Source of the DNA: Novosphingobium sp.
GTDB lineage: Bacteria > Pseudomonadota > Alphaproteobacteria > Sphingomonadales > Sphingomonadaceae
Length of the DNA: 64,000 nucleotides
Direction of reading: 5' to 3'
Assembly (NCBI GenBank): GCA_041639635.1
Contig: JBEQBV010000001.1
Location: 2,561 to 66,560, forward strand
In this document: positions 12,058 to 21,603 of the stretch, piece by piece
How the letters are laid out: every line of letters begins with the position of its first letter
How positions within the stretch are numbered: position 1 is the first letter of the stretch
Made by a program: the position numbers and the translations under genes
The notes under the pieces: model-generated
What the model was told of the DNA's origin: nothing
The model's input: only the letters and a program-made list of their open reading frames with translations
The model's database searches: none

Positions 12058-12711
12058 ATGATCGAATATGACCGCTCCCGCCGCTACTTTGCCATCGCGC
12101 TGGCTGCCATGGCAGGGTTCATTGATGCCGTCGGGTTCCTGTCGGCAGACGGCTATTTCGTGTCGTTCATGTCGGGCAATTCCACGCGGCTCGGCGTATC
12201 GCTTGGCACTGATCCGGTTCATGCGGCGATGCCTGCCGTTCTGATCGCGGGCTTTCTGGGCGGGGTGACCGGTGGCGCGCTCCTGTCTCACCGCGCAGGG
12301 CGGTGGCGGAAACCGGTTTTGCTGACCTTTGTCACCGCGATGCTGCTGGCTGCAGCTATTGGACGCATGCTGGGCCAGCCCGCCCTGATGCTCGGCGGTT
12401 TGGTGGTGGCGATGGGCGCGCTCAACAACACGTTCCAGCGCGGCGGGGAAGTAACGGTTGGCTTGACCTATATGACCGGTGCGCTGGTGAAATTGGGGCA
12501 AGGTCTGGCCAACGCCCTTGCAGGCCAGCCAAACAGCGGATGGAGAGCGTGGGCTAGCCTGTGGGGCGGATTGATGGCAGGCGCAGTGCTTGGCGCATTT
12601 CTGCAGGATCGGCTGCCGATGGGCTGCCTGTGGCTTGCAGCGGCTTACTGCGCCGTAATGGTGGCGGTTGCGTTCAACCTACCGTCTGACGTCAGTCTTG
12701 GGGAATCCTGA
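12058..12711 (+). CDS. YoaK/DUF1275 family membrane protein
   Basis: …AMAGFIDAVGFLSADGYFVSFMSGNSTRLG… and six hydrophobic segments. Confidence 0.8.
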   Translation: MIEYDRSRRYFAIALAAMAGFIDAVGFLSADGYFVSFMSGNSTRLGVSLGTDPVHAAMPAVLIAGFLGGVTGGALLSHRAGRWRKPVLLTFVTAMLLAAAIGRMLGQPALMLGGLVVAMGALNNTFQRGGEVTVGLTYMTGALVKLGQGLANALAGQPNSGWRAWASLWGGLMAGAVLGAFLQDRLPMGCLWLAAAYCAVMVAVAFNLPSDVSLGES

Positions 12712-12976
12712 ACAGCTTTTCGCGCGAAGTTGCGCCGCGCAACATTTCCACTTTTGACGGGGCAACATCCAGCGCCTGCGCCAGCAATTGAAGCACCGCG
12801 GCGCTGGCCTTGCCGTCCTCGGGCTTGGTGCGCACTTTCACCAGCACCCGGCCATCCGTGATCTCGATGCCTTCACTGCGCGCGCCGGGCGTTACGCGCA
12901 CCGCAAGCCGCCCTTCGGCATTTGCGAGCGCGCGCAATCCTGCGGCAGAAGGAAGTTCAGCCTTGGGCCGCGCCAA
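12692..12976 (-). CDS. DUF167 (YggU) family protein
   Basis: …GRLAVRVTPGARSEGIEITDGRVLVKVRTKPEDGKASAAVLQLLAQAL…LRGATSREKLFRI. The start is uncertain (TTG 12976, or upstream as far as 13051). Confidence 0.7.
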   Translation of the reverse strand: MARPKAELPSAAGLRALANAEGRLAVRVTPGARSEGIEITDGRVLVKVRTKPEDGKASAAVLQLLAQALDVAPSKVEMLRGATSREKLFRIPQD

Positions 12977-13523
12977 GAACAGCAGCCTTATGCGCCTGCC
13001 CGTTGTGCACGTAATGCTGCACGCCGCGCTGCATGTCAGCAATGGCCGCATCGTTCAGATCGCGCATGTAGGAAGCGGGCCTGCCACTCCACAACTGGCG
13101 CGAAAGCACGCGCTTACCCCCGGTCAGCATCGCGCCTGCGGCCAGCATGCCATCGCTTTCGATGTATGCGCCGCTCATCACGATGGCCCCCAGCCCCACA
13201 AAGCCGCGATCCTCGATCACGCAGCCGTGCACCATCGCCAGATGGCCGATCAGCACATCCTCGCCGATGATAGTGGGGAAGCCATCGGGCTTTTCAGGCC
13301 ACGCGCTGTCAACATGGATCACGCTGCCATCCTGCACATTCGTACGCGCGCCGATGCGGATGTGGTTCACGTCGCCCCGGATCACGCAGTTGTACCAGAT
13401 GGACACATCAGGCCCGATCTCCACATCGCCGATGATCCTGCATCCCGGCGCGATGAAGGCGCTTTCGTGAATGCGCGGCGTCTTGCCGTTCAGCGTGATG
13501 ATAGAAACATCAGGATAGGTCAT
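12957..13523 (-). CDS. gamma carbonic anhydrase-like hexapeptide-repeat protein
   Basis: …IHESAFIAPGCRIIGDVEIGPDVSIWYNCVIRGDVNHIRIGARTNVQDGSVIH… (left-handed beta-helix). Confidence 0.9.
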   Translation of the reverse strand: MTYPDVSIITLNGKTPRIHESAFIAPGCRIIGDVEIGPDVSIWYNCVIRGDVNHIRIGARTNVQDGSVIHVDSAWPEKPDGFPTIIGEDVLIGHLAMVHGCVIEDRGFVGLGAIVMSGAYIESDGMLAAGAMLTGGKRVLSRQLWSGRPASYMRDLNDAAIADMQRGVQHYVHNGQAHKAAVLGAAQG

Positions 13524-14552
<1,029 letters not shown>

Positions 14553-14566
14553 TCACTCGGCCTGAT

Positions 14567-16162
14567 TCATTGGGACGTGTTGGCCTTGATCGCGGTGACT
14601 TGCGCCAGCTTGGCCTTGAACGCCGCCAGCTGCGCCGGGTCGACCGTGGCGCGCTGCACAATCGACGTCATCGACAGCGGGTTCACTGTCTGCCCATTGC
14701 GATACATTTCATAGTGCAAGTGCGGCCCGGTCGAAAGGCCCGTGGAACCGACATAGCCGATCACCTGCCCACGCCGGACGGACATGCCCGGAGCCACTGC
14801 CACGCGGCTCATGTGGGCATATCCGGTGCCGATCCCACCGCCATGATCGATCCGCACGTAATTGCCGTGCCCGCCGTGCCAACCGGCAAAGTTCACGCGG
14901 CCATCGGTGGCAGCATAGATCGGCGCGCCCCAGCCTGCGCCGAAGTCCACGCCCGCATGCATCCGCACATAGCCCAGGATCGGATGACGGCGCGCGCCGA
15001 AATACGATGTGATGCGGCCATTGACCGGCGAGCCAAAGGCGCTGCTGGTTTCCTGCGATCCTTCGGCCATTCCTTGTGGCGAATAGAACGCGCCGTCCTT
15101 GCCCCAGCGCAGCAACTGCAGCACTGGCTTGTTCGCGCGGACCACGCCTGCATAGATCAGGTCGCCCGCCTGCTGTTCCCCACTGGCGGCGCGGCGGTTG
15201 GCAAAGACGAGGTCGAATTCGTCGCCGGGCGCGATTTCTTCAAACGCCATATGTTCGTCGATCGTGCGCAGATAGTCCTGCACGGCCGATGGCGGCGCTC
15301 CGGCAGCGCGAGCGGAGCGGTAGAGGCTGCCGCCCACGATGCCGCGAATGCGCATCGGTGCGGTATCAACCGCGATGGCATTTGTGGCGAGCGACAAGCC
15401 ACCGCCATTGCGTTTCACGTGAAGCGCCAGATCGAAGCGGGGGCGGAACGACAGCTCCTCCAGCGGTCGCGGCTGCGAGGGCGAGGTGCGCGCGCCAAGG
15501 CGGATGGCAAAGCGGGTGCCGGGTGGGATCGTGCCGGGCGTGATCTGTCCGCCAACCAGATCAAGCACTTGCACGATATCGCTGCTGGCAAGGCCCGCCC
15601 GCTGCAACATGCGCGGGAAGCTGTCACCACCCCCCAGCGTTGCAGTGAGATCAATGCTCGGCCGCTCTGGCGCGGCGGCGAGCGGGATGACGGCGTTGGT
15701 GGCGTTCATGCGGCGGCCATTGTCAGCCCCCAAGGCAAGCGGGCGGATGCCCTGCACCCGGAATTCATCCTGCGCCGATTCGTCGAGCGCAGAAAGCGGC
15801 GCGGCCTGAAGTGGAGCGAAGTTTGGCCATAACAAGACGGCGGCTGCGCCCAAGCCAAGCATCGTGCCAAAGCCGCGAAACCAGCGCGCGCTACCGATGT
15901 CTTCGGCAAGGTCGTGGACAAGGTCGTTTGCGGCAAACCAGCGTTCGATTGCGGCGGTCAAAGTGCGCGTAGGTGCAGCTAGGTGCATCTTGGTGCTGTT
16001 CAGAACCGCATCCGTTTCACACTCAGGTAGGGGGGCTGTGCGCTGGCCGAAACCACTACGCCCTCCCCCACCGGCACCAACACCGGCAAACGCCATCATC
16101 TGATCACGCGGTGTAAACACGTTTCGCCCTGTAGCCGCTTCATCACCGGACTGCACGGACAA
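14567..16162 (-). CDS. M23 family metallopeptidase (second copy in the window)
   Basis: HAGVDFGAGWGAPIYAATDG…GPHLHYEMYRNGQTVNP. It has an N-terminal TM segment. The start is uncertain (TTG 16162, or a later GTG/ATG). Confidence 0.85.
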   Translation of the reverse strand: MSVQSGDEAATGRNVFTPRDQMMAFAGVGAGGGGRSGFGQRTAPLPECETDAVLNSTKMHLAAPTRTLTAAIERWFAANDLVHDLAEDIGSARWFRGFGTMLGLGAAAVLLWPNFAPLQAAPLSALDESAQDEFRVQGIRPLALGADNGRRMNATNAVIPLAAAPERPSIDLTATLGGGDSFPRMLQRAGLASSDIVQVLDLVGGQITPGTIPPGTRFAIRLGARTSPSQPRPLEELSFRPRFDLALHVKRNGGGLSLATNAIAVDTAPMRIRGIVGGSLYRSARAAGAPPSAVQDYLRTIDEHMAFEEIAPGDEFDLVFANRRAASGEQQAGDLIYAGVVRANKPVLQLLRWGKDGAFYSPQGMAEGSQETSSAFGSPVNGRITSYFGARRHPILGYVRMHAGVDFGAGWGAPIYAATDGRVNFAGWHGGHGNYVRIDHGGGIGTGYAHMSRVAVAPGMSVRRGQVIGYVGSTGLSTGPHLHYEMYRNGQTVNPLSMTSIVQRATVDPAQLAAFKAKLAQVTAIKANTSQ

Positions 16163-16195
16163 GGTTAATGTTCAGTGAAATTGCGCCTTTCGCAC

Positions 16196-16229
16196 GCAAA
16201 CGAAAGGGGCGGAGGTTTCCCCCCGCCCC
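16196..16229 (-). terminator. intrinsic terminator after ftsH
   Basis: On the minus strand a ggggcgg…ccgcccc hairpin is followed by tttcgttt. Confidence 0.6.
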
Positions 16230-16250
16230 GTGTTCGCCAAGGCAATTAGA

Positions 16251-18185
16251 TCAGGCCGGTTGCGGGCTGGCCGATCCGCCGAACTTCTTGCCCGAACGGG
16301 GAACCGCCGAGCCTTGCGCCACGGTCGGGCGCACGGAGTTTCCGGGATTCTGCGGGCGATCGATCTTGCCGCTGTCGAGCAGTTCCTTGATTTCATCGCC
16401 GGTCAGCGTCTCATATTCCAGAAGCGCCTGGGCGAGGAGGTGGAGCTTGTCTTCGTTGCCCGTGAGAATTTCGGTAGCGCGCGCATGCGCACCATCCACA
16501 AGGCTGCGAATTTCGCTGTCGATCAGCTTGTTGGTTTCATCCGACGAAAACAGACGGGCCGAACCGCCCATGCCGAGATAGCCTTCCTGCTGGTCTTCAT
16601 ACTGCAGCGGACCAAGCTTTTCCGACATGCCCCACTTCGTCACCATCGAGCGCGCCAGCGAGGTGGCGTACTGGATGTCTGACGAGGCACCGGAGGAAAC
16701 CTTGTCGTGTCCGAAGATGATCTCTTCGGCCACGCGGCCACCCATGGCGACCGAGAGGTTCGCGTGCATCTTGTCACGGTGATAGGAATAGCTGTCGCGT
16801 TCCGGCAGGCGCATGACCATGCCAAGGGCGCGGCCGCGCGGGATGATCGTGGCTTTGTGGATCGGGTCAGACGCCGGTTCGAACACCGAGGCAATGGCAT
16901 GGCCAGCTTCGTGATAGGCGGTCATCTTCTTTTCATCGTCGGTCATAACCATCGAGCGGCGTTCCGCGCCCATCATGACCTTGTCCTTGGCGTCTTCGAA
17001 TTCCTGCATGGCGACAAGGCGCTTGTTGCGGCGTGCGGCCAGAAGAGCAGCTTCATTCACCAGGTTGGCAAGATCAGCGCCCGAGAAGCCCGGCGTGCCG
17101 CGCGCAATGGTGCGCGAGTTCACGTCTGGTGCCAGCGGCACCTTCTTCATGTGCACGGCGAGGATCTTCTCGCGGCCTTCGATGTCAGGGATGGGCACCA
17201 CGACCTGACGGTCAAACCGGCCCGGACGCAGCAGCGCAGGGTCCAGCACATCCGGGCGGTTGGTGGCGGCGATGATGATGATGCCTTCGTTCGCCTCAAA
17301 ACCGTCCATTTCTACCAGCAGCTGGTTCAGCGTCTGTTCGCGCTCATCGTTGGAATTGCCCATGCCGTTGCCACGGTGGCGGCCGACCGCATCGATTTCG
17401 TCAATGAAGACGATGCACGGTGCGTTCTTCTTGGCCTGTTCGAACATGTCGCGCACACGGGAAGCACCAACGCCGACGAACATTTCGACAAAGTCCGAAC
17501 CCGAAATGGTGAAGAACGGCACGCCTGCCTCACCCGCGATGGCGCGGGCCAGCAGCGTCTTGCCGGTGCCGGGGCTGCCAACCAGCAGCGCGCCCTTGGG
17601 AATCTGGCCGCCAAGTTTGGAAAAACGCGTGGGATCGCGCAGAAACTCAACGATTTCTTCGAGTTCTTCGCGCGCTTCATCGATACCGGCGACATCGTTG
17701 AACGTCACCTTGCCCGAGCGTTCGGTGAGCAGCTTGGCCTTTGATTTGCCAAAGCCCATTGCGCCCGAACCGCCCCCCTTCTGCACCTGACGTAGCGCGA
17801 AGAACGCAACGCCCAGAATCAGCAGGAACGGCAGCGAGTTGGCGATGATCCACATCAGCATGTTGGGCTGTTCAGCCGCCTTGCCCGCATACTGCACGCC
17901 ATTGTCCTGCAGCAGCTTGGGCAGATCCGAATCGCCGGGCACGGGAATGGTGGTGAACTGGCCGCCATTCTTGAGCGTGCCGATGATCCGGTCCGGCGCG
18001 ATTTCCACCGAGCGGACAACGCCTTCGGCCACTTGGCCGCGGAACGCGGAATAGGGGATCTGCGTGGAGTTTTGATCCACCCGCGATCCGAACATCGAAA
18101 CCACGAGCAAGAGGGCAAGGAAGATGCCACCCCAGACAAGGAGGCTCTTGATCCACGGGTTGGCCGGGGGCTGATCGTCGTTCAT
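16251..18185 (-). CDS. ftsH: ATP-dependent zinc metalloprotease FtsH
   Basis: Walker [12 protein letters not shown], zinc site HEAGHAI and two N-terminal TM segments. The start is taken at MNDDQPP (ATG 18185). Confidence 0.95.
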   Translation of the reverse strand: MNDDQPPANPWIKSLLVWGGIFLALLLVVSMFGSRVDQNSTQIPYSAFRGQVAEGVVRSVEIAPDRIIGTLKNGGQFTTIPVPGDSDLPKLLQDNGVQYAGKAAEQPNMLMWIIANSLPFLLILGVAFFALRQVQKGGGSGAMGFGKSKAKLLTERSGKVTFNDVAGIDEAREELEEIVEFLRDPTRFSKLGGQIPKGALLVGSPGTGKTLLARAIAGEAGVPFFTISGSDFVEMFVGVGASRVRDMFEQAKKNAPCIVFIDEIDAVGRHRGNGMGNSNDEREQTLNQLLVEMDGFEANEGIIIIAATNRPDVLDPALLRPGRFDRQVVVPIPDIEGREKILAVHMKKVPLAPDVNSRTIARGTPGFSGADLANLVNEAALLAARRNKRLVAMQEFEDAKDKVMMGAERRSMVMTDDEKKMTAYHEAGHAIASVFEPASDPIHKATIIPRGRALGMVMRLPERDSYSYHRDKMHANLSVAMGGRVAEEIIFGHDKVSSGASSDIQYATSLARSMVTKWGMSEKLGPLQYEDQQEGYLGMGGSARLFSSDETNKLIDSEIRSLVDGAHARATEILTGNEDKLHLLAQALLEYETLTGDEIKELLDSGKIDRPQNPGNSVRPTVAQGSAVPRSGKKFGGSASPQPA

Positions 18186-18307
18186 CGGAAATCTTTCCAC
18201 ATTCGCCAAAACAGGCGCTGTCCTGAGTCAATGTAGGGCTGACCGGTTAAAGCGCAATATAGCGCGTCCATGCTTTTTGGGCGACCTGCCCTGTAGTGGG
18301 ATGTCCC

Positions 18308-19264
18308 TTAGTGCCGTCGGTCTGGCGCGCGGTTGAAACGCCATGGCGCGCTGCGTGCATCGCCTTTGACATTGCCGAGCGTAGCCACGCCACCGGACTT
18401 CAGAGTCGCCAGCCAGCGCGCGAGCCGCGAACCGCGTGGAGGGTGGCCGCCGTGTGCTGCAAGAATGCGCTCCAAAATGCGCAAGGCCAGAACCTTTGGC
18501 AGATCGGCAGGCGGGTTCCACGTGAAACCCCAATCGTGCTGCTCCACGTCGTGCCAAAGCCGTTCCACCACCCATTCAAGCGCCTGATCCGCCTGTACCA
18601 GATGGTGCGCGCTGGCGGCAAAGCCTTGCGCATCAAAGGCATCACTTGCCGTCATGGCGGCACGCACCCGCACCCGTTCGTAGGCCATGTCCTGATTTGA
18701 GGGGTCATCGGCGGCGGCAAGTCCCGCAATCTTGACCACTTGAGCCAGATCGGATCTGCGCCAGCCGAGCAAAGGCCGCAACAGTGGAAGGGCTGGCATG
18801 CCGGGCACGGTGGCGCATGTGCGCATGGCGGCAAGGCCGCGCAAACCGGCAGCGCGGTTAAGGCGCATAATCATGGTTTCGGCCTGATCATCGGCGTGAT
18901 GTGCGGTGACCAGCGCAGCCAGCTGTTGCGCTGTGCACCAATCCGCCAGCGCAGCATAGCGGGCCGTGCGCGCGCGTTCCTGCACGGCGCTTCCCTTTTC
19001 CAGCGAGAGGGCAAGAGTCTGGTGCGCAATGCCCAACCTTGCACAAAGTGCGGCGACCATCGCCGCCTCTAGCGCCGCTTCGGGCCGAAGCCCGTGATCG
19101 ACCGTGGCGACCACGAAGTTGCGCGGCGCAACTTCGTGCATCAACAGCAACAGCGCAAGACTATCTGGCCCGCCAGAGACTGCGAGGCCTACTTTGCCGT
19201 GCGGTGCGACCGCCCCCCAATGCGCTGCAAAGCGCGCAGCCAGGTTTGTGGCAGGCGCGGTCAG
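18308..19264 (-). CDS. tilS: tRNA(Ile)-lysidine synthetase
   Basis: The PP-loop SGGPDS lies at 19160-19177, upstream of the first TTG/ATG of the tracked ORF (19150). The only in-frame candidate starts between the upstream stop (19298) and the motif are CTG 19264 and CTG 19243. Confidence 0.8.
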   Translation of the reverse strand: MTAPATNLAARFAAHWGAVAPHGKVGLAVSGGPDSLALLLLMHEVAPRNFVVATVDHGLRPEAALEAAMVAALCARLGIAHQTLALSLEKGSAVQERARTARYAALADWCTAQQLAALVTAHHADDQAETMIMRLNRAAGLRGLAAMRTCATVPGMPALPLLRPLLGWRRSDLAQVVKIAGLAAADDPSNQDMAYERVRVRAAMTASDAFDAQGFAASAHHLVQADQALEWVVERLWHDVEQHDWGFTWNPPADLPKVLALRILERILAAHGGHPPRGSRLARWLATLKSGGVATLGNVKGDARSAPWRFNRAPDRRH

Positions 19265-19297
19265 GCTATTCCCGACACCATTACACGCACTTCCCGG

Positions 19298-20254
19298 TCA
19301 TTTGCACTTCACCGAAGCGCGCGCAGCGTCATACTGGGTCTTGAGGCGACCAATGATTTCGTTCGGGTAGGTCGCAGCCAGTTCGGCAAAGGCACCACAG
19401 GCCTTTTCGGTATCCTTCAGCTTGACCATCGCATTGCCGAGATAGAGCAGACTGTCAGGCGCGCGCGCGCCCTTCTTGTCGGCCAGATAGTTCTGCAGGA
19501 AGAACTGCGCCGCGGTGCCGGGCTTGCCATCATCCAACCACGCACGGCCCAGCAGGTTGCGACCGTAGCTGATCATCTTGTGCTTGGGATAGCGGTCCAC
19601 GAAGATCTGCAACTGCTGCTGCGCTTCGGGATAGAACTTGGCCTCCCACAGGCGGAAACCGTACATGTATTCATCCTGCCCGGCATCACCGGTTGCAGGC
19701 TTTTCGATGGCCTGAACCGCAGCGACGCGCGCTGCAGCGGGCGTGGCCGGTTTGGCCACGGGTTTTGCCGCAGCCGGCGTTGCGGGCTTTGCCGCCGGGG
19801 TTGCTGCAACAGGCGTTGCCGCTGGCGCAGGTGCGGGTGTGGGCACTGGTGTTACATCGGATGGCGGAGCGGCGGCGGCTTCAAGCCGGGCGAGGCGCTC
19901 TTCCAGTTTGGCCGAGCGGTTCTGGCCTTCTTCGACCTGCGCGGTCAGGCGGGCCATCTGCGCTTCCATCGCATCGATCCGCGCCAGAATATCGGAAACC
20001 GCCGATGCTGCGGGCGTGCCGGCAATGGTGGGTGCGGGCTGCCCCGGCGTGATTTCAGGGACGAAGGTCTTGCCCGCACCTTCGGGAAAGACCTTGCGCT
20101 GGATCGCGCGGACTTCCGCCTCGATCCGGCGCAGCCGCGCTTCGGAATCGACTTGCGTGGCAGTTTGCGCGTGAACCGGCGCCGCAATCGGGGCGGCAAC
20201 ACCCAGCACGAACGCGGCGAGCGGAGTGATAGTGCGGAAATTTACAGTCATCAT
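19298..20254 (-). CDS. ybgF: Tol-Pal system protein YbgF/CpoB
   Basis: Signal peptide MMTVNFRTITPLAAFVLGVAAPIAAPVHA, a coiled coil, a Pro/Ala-rich linker and a C-terminal TPR region (…YMYGFRLWEAKFYPEAQQQLQIFVDRYPKH…). It sits in the conserved ybgF-tilS-ftsH order. Confidence 0.8.
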   Translation of the reverse strand: MMTVNFRTITPLAAFVLGVAAPIAAPVHAQTATQVDSEARLRRIEAEVRAIQRKVFPEGAGKTFVPEITPGQPAPTIAGTPAASAVSDILARIDAMEAQMARLTAQVEEGQNRSAKLEERLARLEAAAAPPSDVTPVPTPAPAPAATPVAATPAAKPATPAAAKPVAKPATPAAARVAAVQAIEKPATGDAGQDEYMYGFRLWEAKFYPEAQQQLQIFVDRYPKHKMISYGRNLLGRAWLDDGKPGTAAQFFLQNYLADKKGARAPDSLLYLGNAMVKLKDTEKACGAFAELAATYPNEIIGRLKTQYDAARASVKCK

Positions 20255-20358
20255 CGTTCCCGTTGATCGGACACGCCCGATCCCGATGCGCATCCTGAAG
20301 CCTGCAGGCCTGAACCCCAAGCGCTTATCCGATTGCCTGAATGCCCCAGTGTGGCGTT

Positions 20359-20410
20359 CAAGTCGAGATGGCAAGTCGAGATGGCAAGTCGAGATGGCAA
20401 ATCGAGACGG
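20359..20410. repeat. 13-bp tandem repeat, 4 units (caagtcgagatgg x3 plus a degenerate caaatcgagacgg)
   Basis: Read directly from the sequence. It starts 1 nt past the stop of the RodZ-like gene and lies about 105 nt upstream of the ybgF start. Confidence 0.9.
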
Positions 20411-20411
20411 C

Positions 20412-21434
20412 TCAACGCAATCCCGTGGATGCAGGCGGCGTTTCAGCCGTAGGTGCGGGAGCATTTGGCGGTGCATCCTGCGCAGCCACCTGGCTTTCAG
20501 CAGATGATGCGGGGCGACGCGATCCCGCCTGCCCAGCAACGGAGCGAGCTACGGTCCGCGACGGTCTTGCCGAAACAGCATTCTGTGCAGGTGCAGGTGC
20601 GCCTGCAGGAGCGGCCTGTGGCGCTGTGCGCGCGAGAAGCGCTGCTGCGCTCACAGGAACGTTCTTCACGATGCCCTCACGCTCGGCGATCTTCGGCACG
20701 GGCTGTCCACCGATCGTCACCGTCAAGGCATCGGGCCGCCCGGTCCAAAGCTGCGGGTTCTGCGCCGTTTCCGGCACGGTAAAGCTTTCGCCCATGGCAA
20801 GCTGCTTTTGCAGGATCTGCTGGCCTTGCCCGTCATAGAACTTGACCCAGATTGCATCCTCGGTGGCCGTGAACACAACCGGGCCGGAAGGGGCGGCACT
20901 GGGCAGCGGCACGACAGCGACCTGACCTGACGAAGCTGCAACCGGAGCCTCTTCCTCTGTTGGCAGCAGCGAGGGAAGATCTGCGGCGGGCATGTAATAG
21001 CTGCGCCAGAACACCAGACCGGTAAGTGCGATGGCAACAGTAAGGCCGAGCGCCAACCACGTGGTAAGGCGTGAAGGCGTTTTCGCAGGGTCGCCCACTT
21101 CAAACTGGTTGATCACGCGCGGCGGTGGTGGCGGAGCCTGCGTTTCCAGCTCTGCGCGGATCGCCTCTGTGATCGCCGCGTCATCAAGACCGACCGCGCG
21201 GGCATAACTCTTGGCAAAGCCCAGCGCATAGGGCCTTCCGGGCAGGGACGCATAATCGCCGGCTTCCAGCGCTTCCAGATGACGCGTGGTCACCCGCGTG
21301 CGCTGCGACAGCTGCTTAATATCAAGACCGGCCGCTTCGCGCGCCGCGCGCAAGGTTTTTCCCACCGAAAGCTTGGCCGCCGAAGGCTGGTTCGGCTCAC
21401 CCGCAGGGATGGGAGCATCGGTATCAATGCTCAT
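20412..21434 (-). CDS. RodZ-like HTH / DUF4115 membrane protein
   Basis: N-terminal HTH (…VGKTLRAAREAAGLDIKQLSQRTRVTTRHLEALEAG…), one TM segment, a Pro/Ala-rich linker and a C-terminal DUF4115-like beta domain. Confidence 0.7.
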   Translation of the reverse strand: MSIDTDAPIPAGEPNQPSAAKLSVGKTLRAAREAAGLDIKQLSQRTRVTTRHLEALEAGDYASLPGRPYALGFAKSYARAVGLDDAAITEAIRAELETQAPPPPPRVINQFEVGDPAKTPSRLTTWLALGLTVAIALTGLVFWRSYYMPAADLPSLLPTEEEAPVAASSGQVAVVPLPSAAPSGPVVFTATEDAIWVKFYDGQGQQILQKQLAMGESFTVPETAQNPQLWTGRPDALTVTIGGQPVPKIAEREGIVKNVPVSAAALLARTAPQAAPAGAPAPAQNAVSARPSRTVARSVAGQAGSRRPASSAESQVAAQDAPPNAPAPTAETPPASTGLR

Positions 21435-21603
21435 GGCGTGCAACCCGCCAGCTTCGGTCAAAACGCGACTCCCGTGTTTTTGCTTCGTATTTGGTCTTGG
21501 TATTTGGCAACCGTTTGTGAAGGGTTCGCTGCAAAGCACCAAAAGTCAACTTCGTTCGCGGAAGAATGGCGGAATTCCGCGATGAATTGCCTGGAAAGCC
21601 GCG

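Noticed and set aside
19094-20266. 390-aa plus-strand ORF across tilS/ybgF
   Set aside because: It is antisense to two recognisable genes, and its translation is dominated by Arg/Gly/Cys repeats.
20359-20410. Possible CRISPR array or protein-coding repeat
   Set aside because: The units are 13 bp, directly abutting with no spacers, and there are only four copies. It is intergenic. It is a simple tandem repeat, not CRISPR.
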